Positions 1-8,095 of a DNA stretch of 64,000 nucleotides are shown in pieces; position 1 is the stretch's first letter; each line of letters begins with the position of its first letter. The stretch spans positions 4,993-68,992 of IMG/VR virus record IMGVR_UViG_3300032313_000564, one strand, 5' to 3'. The translations under genes were made by a program, and so were the position numbers. Under the pieces are notes generated by a model. The model did not search any database. It had not been told where the DNA came from and worked only from the letters and a program-made list of their open reading frames with translations. This DNA comes from a virus.

Positions 1-150
1 CCACATGACAAATGAACCACACCATGGTTGAAAGTTTGCTTTTGCAAACTTGCCGTACTTTGTTTCATTATCTTTTGGACCCTCAATAGTTCCAATTTCT
101 GCTAGTGCTACTTCTACTAATCTTGCTGCTGATCCTTGTGCTTCTGACAT
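1..150 (-). CDS. CHAP-domain endolysin/amidase, N-terminal part (runs off the window)
   Basis: Manual translation gives MSEAQGSAARLVEVALAEIGTIEGPKDNETKYGKFAKANFQPWCGSFVMW. The A..EIG..E...N.TKYG...PWCxxFVxW pattern is typical of CHAP/NlpC-P60 lysins. AGGAG RBS at 156-160. Confidence 0.8.
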   Translation of the reverse strand, partial: MSEAQGSAARLVEVALAEIGTIEGPKDNETKYGKFAKANFQPWCGSFVMW

Positions 151-190
151 TTTTTCTCCTTGGTAAGTTGTTTTAAGTCTACTAAAATAT

Positions 191-199
191 ATTATAGCA
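191..199 (-). promoter_or_regulatory. Extended -10 promoter (TGcTATAAT) for the endolysin
   Basis: Minus strand reads TGCTATAAT about 40 nt upstream of the ATG at 150. Confidence 0.6.
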
Positions 200-205
200 T
201 TTTTG

Positions 206-628
206 CTATTCTGGTTTACTTCTTAATTTATATGCATATTTACGCAATAGCTTAGGTAAATAAATACCTAACCCAGGGGCTTGGTTTTCAAAAAATAAAG
301 CATATTTTTTATCAAGCTGGGTGGCCATTACTAACATCAATATATATTCTTCATCTATTGGGAAAAACCATTTTATATAGTGATCTGCAAACATATCAAA
401 TCCAACTTCTGACTCTTTTGAATCTAGGCTAATATTATTATTCATTAAATCTGCAAGGTAAGCATTTAGCTCGTAAGCCTCTTTTACCATTTTTTCCCAG
501 TCGCCCTTTTCGTATGAAGATATTCTTTCTTTTGCTGTAATAAGCATTGGGCTGTCTGGCATATTTTTTTGCCACTGCTTCCAAAGTAATCTACATGTTA
601 CTGGCGCTCTATCTAAAGGGTTTTCCAT
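206..628 (-). CDS. Stand-alone TipAS-like (antibiotic-recognition) domain protein
   Basis: Pattern KERISSYEKGDW...LADLM...S.E...WFF...D.KY..FF....PGLGIYL resembles the TipAS helical domain as recalled. No MerR HTH is present. Confidence 0.6.
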   Translation of the reverse strand: MENPLDRAPVTCRLLWKQWQKNMPDSPMLITAKERISSYEKGDWEKMVKEAYELNAYLADLMNNNISLDSKESEVGFDMFADHYIKWFFPIDEEYILMLVMATQLDKKYALFFENQAPGLGIYLPKLLRKYAYKLRSKPE

Positions 629-634
629 AGTTAC

Positions 635-643
635 ATTATATCA
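635..643 (-). promoter_or_regulatory. Extended -10 promoter giving a leaderless mRNA
   Basis: TGaTATAAT, then 6 nt (gtaact), then the ATG at 628. No SD sequence. Confidence 0.65.
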
Positions 644-648
644 TTTTG

Positions 649-720
649 TACCCCTGGCTGGAATCGAACCAGCGACCAACAGATTAGAAGTCTGTTGCTC
701 TTCCGCTGAGCTACAGAGGT
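649..720 (-). tRNA. tRNA-Arg(UCU)
   Basis: Acceptor stem ACCTCTG/CAGGGGT, D-arm TAGCTCAGCGGAAGAGC, anticodon arm ACAGA-CTTCTAA-TCTGT, T-loop TTCGATT. No encoded CCA. Confidence 0.93.
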
Positions 721-726
721 ATGTTG

Positions 727-799
727 CTGGGGATGCAGGCATCGATCCTGCGACATTCGAATTAACAGTTCGACGCTCTACCATCTGAGCTAATCCCCA
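727..799 (-). tRNA. tRNA-Asn(GUU)
   Basis: Acceptor stem TGGGGAT/ATCCCCA, anticodon arm TCGAA-CTGTTAA-TTCGA, T-arm GCAGG-ATCGATG-CCTGC (non-canonical A at position 54). Confidence 0.9.
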
Positions 800-803
800 T
801 CAG

Positions 804-877
804 TACAGCAAGTAGGACTCGAACCTACGATTACCGAATTATGAGTTCGGGGCTTTAACCAACTAAGCTATTGCTGC
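804..877 (-). tRNA. tRNA with CAU anticodon (elongator Met or Ile2/lysidine type)
   Basis: Acceptor stem GCAGCAA/TTGCTGT, anticodon arm CCGAA-CTCATAA-TTCGG, T-loop TTCGAGT. Lacks the three G-C pairs of initiator tRNAs. Confidence 0.9.
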
Positions 878-896
878 CTACTGATTAATTATATAT

Positions 897-1136
897 TTAT
901 GATGACGGCTTGTCAATAGTTCTTTCTACAATTTGCTGAACATACTCTGAAAAATGTTTTCTTATACTACCCATTGGCCTTTGTCCAAAAGAATTCCATA
1001 TTCTTTTATACTCAATTATATTAGAATGTGTTGTGGGGCACAACAGCAATCCTTCATATTCAATTAACGATGTTGGAAGTGGTACGTGCTTGGTACAACA
1101 CTTACACATCTTTGCTCTTTCTTGGTACTCGCTCAT
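897..1136 (-). CDS. Hypothetical protein, possible Zn-binding (CKCC...CPT)
   Basis: 79-aa ORF with a 4-nt overlap with the terminase stop. Confidence 0.7.
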   Translation of the reverse strand: MSEYQERAKMCKCCTKHVPLPTSLIEYEGLLLCPTTHSNIIEYKRIWNSFGQRPMGSIRKHFSEYVQQIVERTIDKPSS

Positions 1137-2935
1137 ATTATTTGCATCCTGTCCATTGCTTCTCGTAAATCCTGGGGCATATGCGGCGCCCTTATTATGT
1201 TGTAGGATGTTGTGTCTGGGTCATCCTTTGTCCCAAAATCATTATCATAGCTCATTGATTCATAAGTATGTACATTTATTTCTTGATTATTATCAAATCT
1301 AGTTCTACTAATTGAATTAAATATTGCTCCGCATGTGGCATCAGCTAAGTCTTTAGAACCTTTTCGAGGGTGGTCCACCTTATCTCTCATAATTCTAAGC
1401 TGACATAGCTCATCTATAAGTAAGGGTATATGTGGCCCAACAAGCCTTTCTTCTGCAACAACCATTGCCATATCGTCATAGTGTTTTTTAGCAACAGACA
1501 GAATCTCTGTATTGATGCCGTATTGTTTTAGCTGCTGCATCATATCATGAGAGTTCCATCTGTCAAAGGTACATACCGCTATATTAAATCCTCTTGTTTT
1601 AAGAGAAAGGATATAGTCTTTTACTTCTGTAAAGTCTACTGATCTATCTTTTGTTGGGGTCCAATATCTTACAGCATCTACTTCTACAATAGGTGCGGGC
1701 TGAGAGTAAGTGTCTGTTACTTTAACATTCACCCATTTATTTACATGAGCCATAGTTACAGCACAATGGTCATGCTTCTGAGCTAAGTCAACATGTATAT
1801 AATATTTTTTGTCTGGGTCTGGGATAAACCATTCCTCAAGTCTACCGAAATTATCAACTGCAATCGCACCAACATTAAATGCTTTTTCTACTTTTTCTCT
1901 TGATTTAAAAAATGCATCTACTGCATCAGGTGGCATGCAAGCAAATCTTGATAGAGCATCTGTTGGGTTTGTATAGAATGCTGTTTTAAAGTCGTCAATT
2001 TTTCTAACTGGATTGATCTCCCAGGTAGGGCGCTTGATTGCATATACTTTAGGTATCTTATAAGATATGATATGGTCCTCTTCCCATTGAATCTCAAACT
2101 CATTTCCTGCTGTTCCGTCAGCCATCTCTTCGTACATCTTAAATCTATGATCTCTTATTATAGTTTCTTTTTCTCCCACGACAGCATCATATCTTTGCTG
2201 TATATAATCATTCTTAAATCTAGGGAATGACAAAAGTATAACCTTTCCAAAATCTGGAAAGCGTGAGTCTACTGAAGCCCTATACATATCATACACTGCG
2301 CTACCTGTTTTTGCTTGGTCATGTCCTGTTGTGTTTTCAATTGCAAAACCAGAGATCTCATCAAGGATTACAACTATAACGTTATACCCTTCCCATGCTT
2401 CTCTTTCCGAGTGGCCAGAATGAACTGTTATAGCTTTATTAAATTGAATTTCAGATGCCTTCGAATAGTATTTACCAATAAACCACGGAGACTTATCTAT
2501 TCGGCTTTTAAAACCTTTAAAGAATACGTTAGTTGCTTGCTGTGAGTTGATGGCAATGTTAATGATATCAATAGAGTCACCAGGAGGTTTCCCGTAATAA
2601 GTCGCTGGGTCTTTTAGGCATAGAAGTAGATACACTATGTATGCCACTGCAATTGTAGAGCAGTAGTCTTTACCAGAGCCCTTGCCAAGCTGAGCTACAA
2701 CTTCATTGGCTGTCTGCTTAAATCTAAGACTACCCTCTTCTTCTCCAAATAATTTTTTTAAAGTTGACTCTTTGTATATCTGTGAACTTTTTTCAATAAG
2801 AATATACTGGTAATCAGACAATGGAGGCAATCCTAAATAATTTGGATCGTTTACAAATGTTCTAAGGTCGACTGGCTTTTCTTCAAACTCTTCGCCATCT
2901 AGAATATCAATTAAATCGCTAAAATCAAACGACAT
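1133..2935 (-). CDS. terL: Terminase large subunit
   Basis: Walker A GKGSGKD, Walker B VILDE, RNase H-like nuclease motifs HVDLA...FDRW...KDLADA; 600 aa. Confidence 0.93.
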   Translation of the reverse strand: MSFDFSDLIDILDGEEFEEKPVDLRTFVNDPNYLGLPPLSDYQYILIEKSSQIYKESTLKKLFGEEEGSLRFKQTANEVVAQLGKGSGKDYCSTIAVAYIVYLLLCLKDPATYYGKPPGDSIDIINIAINSQQATNVFFKGFKSRIDKSPWFIGKYYSKASEIQFNKAITVHSGHSEREAWEGYNVIVVILDEISGFAIENTTGHDQAKTGSAVYDMYRASVDSRFPDFGKVILLSFPRFKNDYIQQRYDAVVGEKETIIRDHRFKMYEEMADGTAGNEFEIQWEEDHIISYKIPKVYAIKRPTWEINPVRKIDDFKTAFYTNPTDALSRFACMPPDAVDAFFKSREKVEKAFNVGAIAVDNFGRLEEWFIPDPDKKYYIHVDLAQKHDHCAVTMAHVNKWVNVKVTDTYSQPAPIVEVDAVRYWTPTKDRSVDFTEVKDYILSLKTRGFNIAVCTFDRWNSHDMMQQLKQYGINTEILSVAKKHYDDMAMVVAEERLVGPHIPLLIDELCQLRIMRDKVDHPRKGSKDLADATCGAIFNSISRTRFDNNQEINVHTYESMSYDNDFGTKDDPDTTSYNIIRAPHMPQDLREAMDRMQII

Positions 2936-3464
2936 CGGCGTCCTGAATTACTACGGACTCTACAATACCAGTAATCTGTGATAATCTTTTTGCAACATCC
3001 ATCTTACATTTTGGACAACCAGATGTAACTTCTTTTAAAATTCCAACCAATATTTCTTGCTTGCGTTCCGTCTCTGCAATCTGAGAAGCAATTTGAGTGT
3101 TTTCTAAAACACCAATAGACTGAAGCATTGCTATTCTTTTTGTCTCTATGTCTGCAATTAGCTTTAAGGCTCCAGCCTTAACACTTAGCTGGCCTGCCTG
3201 ATCTGCGTCCTCTACGGTCTTCCAGGCCTCTTTGATGAGCATGTCATAGTGCTGGTCAGCACCAGATATTGCTTCTCTGGCTCGGTCACGGATATTGCTG
3301 TCGTTATGCACAACAGACTTCCATTCATCAACAAACTCTAAAACTTCTTTACGTGAGAATCCTGTTATTGATGCTATCTGGGTTGCTGAATTACCTTTTA
3401 GTAATTCACTGACAACCTTATTCATGCGATCAAAATGGACTGCTGGCTCTATTTCATTATTCAT
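2925..3464 (-). CDS. Probable terminase small subunit (N-terminal HTH, coiled coil)
   Basis: HTH-like GNSATQIASITGFSRKEV; overlaps the terL start. Confidence 0.65.
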   Translation of the reverse strand: MNNEIEPAVHFDRMNKVVSELLKGNSATQIASITGFSRKEVLEFVDEWKSVVHNDSNIRDRAREAISGADQHYDMLIKEAWKTVEDADQAGQLSVKAGALKLIADIETKRIAMLQSIGVLENTQIASQIAETERKQEILVGILKEVTSGCPKCKMDVAKRLSQITGIVESVVIQDADVV

Positions 3465-3472
3465 ATAGATGT

Positions 3473-3478
3473 ATTATA
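3473..3478 (-). promoter_or_regulatory. -10 box (TATAAT) 8 nt upstream of the small terminase ATG
   Basis: TATAAT-acatctat-ATG, no SD sequence. Confidence 0.5.
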
Positions 3479-3481
3479 CTT

Positions 3482-3823
3482 CTAGTTGACTGAAATTGCA
3501 ACCTTGTTGGCTATTTTAAGCAATATTAAGTATCCAATTAAATCTTCAATATCATTATCCCCTGGGAATGCTTGATCATTTTGAATTCTATTTAGCTTGT
3601 CATCGATACGTACACGGATTTGTTCTGTTGAATCCGCCTTTGAAAATATACGAATTGGGTCTAGGGCAGAGTTTCCGTAAGACACATTCTTTTTAATTAG
3701 CATCTCTGCTATCTCAAGGCACTCTCTTATAATTTTAGGACCAGATGGGGCATCCGTTGCAATTAATTGAAGGTCTGTAATCCATGCCTGATATCCGCCA
3801 GACTTATTAGGGTAATCGCTCAT
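3482..3823 (-). CDS. DUF1599 / nucleotide-modification-associated domain 1 (Nmad1) protein
   Basis: KKNVSYGNS...IRVRIDDKLNRI...DLIGYLIL signature. Start moved to ATG 3823, which overlaps the upstream stop (ATGA). Confidence 0.75.
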   Translation of the reverse strand: MSDYPNKSGGYQAWITDLQLIATDAPSGPKIIRECLEIAEMLIKKNVSYGNSALDPIRIFSKADSTEQIRVRIDDKLNRIQNDQAFPGDNDIEDLIGYLILLKIANKVAISVN

Positions 3824-3966
3824 TTTTTTCTCAACAATCCAAACTCTTGTAAATATCTCTGTATAGTCATAGCAGAGACACCGCACTCTTTACCTATTTC
3901 TGTAACTGTTTTTTTTTGAACAACGTATCTTCTTTGCAACCATTCTTTACTCTGGTAAAGCTTCAT
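3820..3966 (-). CDS. Small HTH DNA-binding protein (48 aa; absent from the ORF track)
   Basis: MKLYQSKEWLQRRYVVQKKTVTEIGKECGVSAMTIQRYLQEFGLLRKK; ATGA overlaps at both ends. Confidence 0.8.
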   Translation of the reverse strand: MKLYQSKEWLQRRYVVQKKTVTEIGKECGVSAMTIQRYLQEFGLLRKK

Positions 3967-4529
3967 CGTTTAGTAAGCACCTGGTTACTATAATGTGCGA
4001 TACCAAAGCTATCTGCAACATCAAAATCCACAATTTCTATACCGTATTTCTTATTAAAGTAGTCAGCAGTTCTTTGCTTCCTCATATTACGTAATTGATT
4101 TTTATACCATGAATCTGCGTATCCTGGATTAAGTAATCTGATTGCAGACTTTTCATCTTTTGTCGGATTTTTGTTGCCAATGTACGCCTGCCATGCGGAC
4201 GGGCTAATAGTAATAACCTTAGCGCCAGTAGACATAAGCTCAGCAATAACAACTCCATAGACATAAGACAATTTTATCACAGCATCAGCAGATCTGACAA
4301 GTACGGCACCCTCAACAACTATATAATCACTCTTCAGTTCATCTAACATCATTGACATTTTATTCTTGGCATCATATATTTTTTCATATATGTCTTCACC
4401 GACTATATTAATCTTGCCCCATTTTAAAGGTATATCGTTTTCCATTAGACAAAATGCTATAGAGTTTGTTGACGCATCTATGCCCAGAACACGATTTGCC
4501 TTAGTCTTTACAAGACTACTTAATTTCAT
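3963..4529 (-). CDS. ruvC: RuvC-like Holliday junction resolvase
   Basis: VLGIDAS...IVVEG...DVADSFGIA acidic catalytic motifs. Confidence 0.85.
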   Translation of the reverse strand: MKLSSLVKTKANRVLGIDASTNSIAFCLMENDIPLKWGKINIVGEDIYEKIYDAKNKMSMMLDELKSDYIVVEGAVLVRSADAVIKLSYVYGVVIAELMSTGAKVITISPSAWQAYIGNKNPTKDEKSAIRLLNPGYADSWYKNQLRNMRKQRTADYFNKKYGIEIVDFDVADSFGIAHYSNQVLTKR

Positions 4530-4794
4530 TTAAAATATCCATCATCATTGACTTTGATTTTATCTGAGTAGATTTTTCACAGGTAGAGCATAAGGTGTCT
4601 TGATTATATCGGCTTAGTCGAGATGAGCATGATTTACATATTCTAACCGCCCCACCCTTTATAGCTTTTTTTTCATAATACTTTTCCATGATCCTCTTGT
4701 TAGTTGCAACCCTGCAGCATTCATCAGAACAATATTTTTGGTTGTGAGTTCTGGCATCAAAATCAATAGCACAATCTTTATTTGCACATATCAT
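4516..4794 (-). CDS. Cys-rich Zn-finger hypothetical protein
   Basis: CxxxxC...YCSxxC...CxxC...CxxC; coupled to its neighbours. Confidence 0.75.
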   Translation of the reverse strand: MICANKDCAIDFDARTHNQKYCSDECCRVATNKRIMEKYYEKKAIKGGAVRICKSCSSRLSRYNQDTLCSTCEKSTQIKSKSMMMDILNEIK

Positions 4795-5582
4795 ATATTT
4801 GTCACCTCAAATAGCTCAATCTGAACAGTTCCTACTGGAGTCTCCTTGCTATAGCATTCCAGTTTAATTGGACAATAAGTGCATGGCATTTTAGATTTTG
4901 TTGATCCAGCTGGACGCATTGGCAAATCTCCGTCTTGAAAATTATCCCATACTTCCTGCATCCATAAAAATGTGTCTTCAATTATTTTTTTATTTTTATC
5001 ATTCATAGATATCGGAATGATTAATATTTCCTGAGTGTTTTTATTTTCATACAAGAAGAATCCTTCTTTTGCATTCTTTAATTTCATATATGTAAGTAGC
5101 TGAAGCATATGATTGGCTGATGACTTCATCTCTGACTGGCGTGTATCCCATACCTCTTGCTTTGCCGTTTTAATTTCACCAATAACCGTTTCGCCATCGT
5201 ATTCCATAATAAGGTCTATGAAACCCCTAATGGGTGGATACTCATTAATAATTTCTTCTTCTTCTGATCTCCACTCTGGCATTGTAGCAATAAGCTTTTG
5301 AAGTCTTTCGTGGGCTTGAGTTCCTTGGGCCATGTTTGCTACCGCAACAGCATCATTGTTATCAATAAATACTGCTCCGCTAAATGCCATATACCAATAT
5401 CGTGGGCAATTTCCGTGACCATATCCTAATGAGCTTGGGCTGAATGACTTCTTGGTCATTTCTCCATCGGCACGTTTTGTATTTCTGTATGCCTCATCAA
5501 GCAAGGTAGCAAACTTTTCTGGGTCAAAAAACTTTCCAGTATGTTTCTTAAACTTAAGGTTCTTTACAATATCTCTAGCCAT
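4791..5582 (-). CDS. Cas4-like PD-(D/E)XK exonuclease
   Basis: SPSS...CPR, G...H, GFIDL...GEIKT, Q...Y and C-terminal CxYC..C (Fe-S cysteines). Confidence 0.85.
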   Translation of the reverse strand: MARDIVKNLKFKKHTGKFFDPEKFATLLDEAYRNTKRADGEMTKKSFSPSSLGYGHGNCPRYWYMAFSGAVFIDNNDAVAVANMAQGTQAHERLQKLIATMPEWRSEEEEIINEYPPIRGFIDLIMEYDGETVIGEIKTAKQEVWDTRQSEMKSSANHMLQLLTYMKLKNAKEGFFLYENKNTQEILIIPISMNDKNKKIIEDTFLWMQEVWDNFQDGDLPMRPAGSTKSKMPCTYCPIKLECYSKETPVGTVQIELFEVTNI

Positions 5583-5659
5583 TACTTAATGTCATTCCGA
5601 AATGCTATTAACAAAATAATAAGGGGACCAAATATAATTGAAGCCTGTATCCAATTCAT
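5582..5659 (-). CDS. 25-aa small membrane protein (absent from the ORF track)
   Basis: MNWIQASIIFGPLIILLIAFRNDIK; ATGA overlap upstream and TAATG overlap downstream, filling the gap exactly. Confidence 0.65.
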   Translation of the reverse strand: MNWIQASIIFGPLIILLIAFRNDIK

Positions 5660-5991
5660 GAGTTATACCTAACGACATACTTAAGTGCATCTACAAGTTT
5701 GTCTATGGACTCCTTTACTGAATAGTAAATATTTTTCTTATTGTTATTTTCTGTTCCCGCTTTGTCTTTGGCGATTGTTGAATATACTGAAGCAAGCACT
5801 GCGAACTTAGTGGACATAGCCTGAAGCTCCATAATTAAATGTGGTGCCTTAGCTGATGGAACATCAGGGTTCATTAAAAGCTTTACTACAATAGCAAGTG
5901 CTTTGTCTAGGTGCTCATCTTTCATAAACTCATGAAGATCATTAAACTCTGTTATGTCGCTAATAAGTTCTAGCGTATTCTTATCACTCAT
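5656..5991 (-). CDS. Hypothetical protein
   Basis: 111-aa helical ORF in the coupled operon. Confidence 0.75.
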   Translation of the reverse strand: MSDKNTLELISDITEFNDLHEFMKDEHLDKALAIVVKLLMNPDVPSAKAPHLIMELQAMSTKFAVLASVYSTIAKDKAGTENNNKKNIYYSVKESIDKLVDALKYVVRYNS

Positions 5992-6292
5992 GATTGTCCT
6001 CCCAAAACTGAATCAACTCTTCAAGAATTGACCACTCAATAATGCCTAGTCTAACCTTAGACTCTGCTCCTATAATAACCTTTAATGCTGGATACATATC
6101 TCTATTTACCTTAAAGGTATCTGTGCATATCTTTGCCCAGTTATCTTTATTTAGCGTAAAGGATTTGCCAGCTTCCTTATAATCAACAAGAAATTTTTTC
6201 CATTGGGCATCACCCTTTTGGTAATCTCCCCTACCGCTATTTTTTTGAGCCTTAGCCCCATCTCTTTTTACTTCAGATCTTTCTGACATCAA
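5984..6292 (-). CDS. PD-(D/E)XK Holliday-junction-resolvase-like nuclease
   Basis: SE..E.K...A...NSG....KGD.....LVDYK motif. Confidence 0.7.
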   Translation of the reverse strand: MMSERSEVKRDGAKAQKNSGRGDYQKGDAQWKKFLVDYKEAGKSFTLNKDNWAKICTDTFKVNRDMYPALKVIIGAESKVRLGIIEWSILEELIQFWEDNHE

Positions 6293-6489
6293 CCAAACCT
6301 ATATCTTGTTTCATGCCCATCTTTGCACGTCCAGTACATTTCAAACTTTTCATCATCAATTAAATATGAGTCTACATACAGATCGCATTTAGAGCAAGGC
6401 CTCATACTATATATTACTTTTGTGCTATCTGGTATTTCTTTTACTCCAATAAAGTCATCGTCATTAAATATATCTTTAAGATTTGGCAT
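6289..6489 (-). CDS. Hypothetical Zn-ribbon protein
   Basis: CSKC...CKDGH; overlaps both neighbours. Confidence 0.7.
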   Translation of the reverse strand: MPNLKDIFNDDDFIGVKEIPDSTKVIYSMRPCSKCDLYVDSYLIDDEKFEMYWTCKDGHETRYRFG

Positions 6490-7480
6490 CTATATCTCCA
6501 ACTAAAGACTCAACTACATCTGGATTTTCACGTAAGTATGCAACAGCCTTTGCACGACCCTGAAGTCGTTCTCCCTTGATAGTATACCAAGCGCCACCTT
6601 TTTCAACAGCTCCAACCATTTCTGCAACATCAAGAGTTTCTCCTACTAAATCTACTCCAAGAGATTCTCCTTGGTAGTAGAAGTCGTATTGTCCTGAAAG
6701 ATTAGGGGGGCCGAGCTTGTTGTAATCAATAATCCAATTGACTGGCCTGCCAACTCTTTGTTCAATGATTTTGTCACCAACCTTAATGCCAGCCTTAATT
6801 GCATTTGCTTCAGCTTCAGAAGACCAAAGCTTAATGACTGTTGAAGAAAAGAACTTGACTGCCATTCCCCCTGTTGGGATATGGGAAGCATGCATAGATC
6901 CAAATTGATTTCTTTGCTGTGAGATGAGTACCAATAATGTGTTTTTATTTGCATAGTTTAACATTTTGACTGCATGAGTCATATCCTTTGCTTCTGCTCC
7001 GATTTGCTTGGTGTCTTGCAAATCTTTCATTTCATTTCCATCTTTTTCAAAATAAATAGCTGGCAACAAAGCAGATATAGAGTCTACAACAATAATATCA
7101 ACTCCAGCATCCATTAACTTTGTAGCAACATCTACCATGTCATTAACAGTTTTTGCTGGGGAATAGATAAGAGAAGAAGAATCTACTCCTAGCATCTCTG
7201 CCCAAGACTGATCGTATGAAGCCTCAGCATCAATCCAAGCACATGTCTTTCCTTCTTTTTGTGCGAGAGCAATCATTTGTAAACAAAACGAAGATTTTCC
7301 TGCAGACTTATTCCCCCATACAAGAACTTGTCGACCATAGCCAAGACCACCCTTTAGTGCCATATTAAGGCCAATGCTTGGGGTCTTTTGCTTTTCAACT
7401 TTTACGTCTTGTGCAGCTTTTACTCTTGCTCTTGTTTTTGGATCTAATCCTGCTAGGATGTCATCAATCGCTATAGTCAT
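6476..7480 (-). CDS. recA: RecA-like recombinase
   Basis: GNKSAGKS Walker A, WIDAE, IVVDSISAL, GG.AVKFFS, GGAWY. Confidence 0.95.
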   Translation of the reverse strand: MTIAIDDILAGLDPKTRARVKAAQDVKVEKQKTPSIGLNMALKGGLGYGRQVLVWGNKSAGKSSFCLQMIALAQKEGKTCAWIDAEASYDQSWAEMLGVDSSSLIYSPAKTVNDMVDVATKLMDAGVDIIVVDSISALLPAIYFEKDGNEMKDLQDTKQIGAEAKDMTHAVKMLNYANKNTLLVLISQQRNQFGSMHASHIPTGGMAVKFFSSTVIKLWSSEAEANAIKAGIKVGDKIIEQRVGRPVNWIIDYNKLGPPNLSGQYDFYYQGESLGVDLVGETLDVAEMVGAVEKGGAWYTIKGERLQGRAKAVAYLRENPDVVESLVGDIDAKS

Positions 7481-7503
7481 TTATTTTCTCTCTCTTTAAT
7501 ACA

Positions 7504-7512
7504 ATTATATCA
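7504..7512 (-). promoter_or_regulatory. Extended -10 promoter for recA
   Basis: TGaTATAAT about 24 nt upstream of the recA ATG. Confidence 0.55.
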
Positions 7513-7902
7513 TTAAAATAAATTGCCGTGAAGTACTGGACGAGCTTTATTTTTTTCTATTTTATTAAATAAAATTTCATCTAAACTATGCTCTACAAAT
7601 CCAGCATTACGCATAGAAGCGTATAAATCAAGAGTTCTAATTAAAATATCAGAAAGCTCTTCAACAATTTCTTCTGATCCTTTATTTTTTCTCATTGCCT
7701 CTAAGACTTCGGTAACTTCAGAGTGTACTAATGCTAACTTATTACCAAACACATCAAAGTTTTTTGGAGAATTCCAAAATCCTTTTTCTATTGCAGTTTC
7801 GTGCAATATTGCAGCTAGGGCATCTAATCCATAATCAGTAACCAAACTAACTTCATTAACACTTGATCTATTTAAAGAATCACTAGTTATTTGGTTGAGC
7901 AT
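7513..7902 (-). CDS. MazG-like NTP pyrophosphohydrolase
   Basis: KLALVHSEVTEVLEA...EELSDILIR (ExxE...ExxD). The true start may be downstream. Confidence 0.85.
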   Translation of the reverse strand: MLNQITSDSLNRSSVNEVSLVTDYGLDALAAILHETAIEKGFWNSPKNFDVFGNKLALVHSEVTEVLEAMRKNKGSEEIVEELSDILIRTLDLYASMRNAGFVEHSLDEILFNKIEKNKARPVLHGNLF

Positions 7903-8095
7903 CTTTATCCTTTAGTTTAAACACAAAAGTTTGAGCATCTGCGTCGTAATCTACTTGTAGCTCTTTATCTTCGTTAGTTGCTGCTACAAATGATTCTGTT
8001 GGTATTGCAATACTTCCAATAGATTCTAAAATAGAAACTAAAATTTTAGACACATTCATGTCTGCAAATACGTCTTTTGGATTTTCTTCTGTCAT
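7883..8095 (-). CDS. Hypothetical protein
   Basis: 70-aa ORF with an ATGA overlap with the dnaE stop. Confidence 0.7.
   Translation of the reverse strand: MTEENPKDVFADMNVSKILVSILESIGSIAIPTESFVAATNEDKELQVDYDADAQTFVFKLKDKDAQPNN

Noticed and set aside
4791-5582. Cas4-like gene as evidence of a CRISPR-Cas system
   Set aside because: Solo Cas4-like nucleases are common in phage recombination modules; there is no array or other cas gene.
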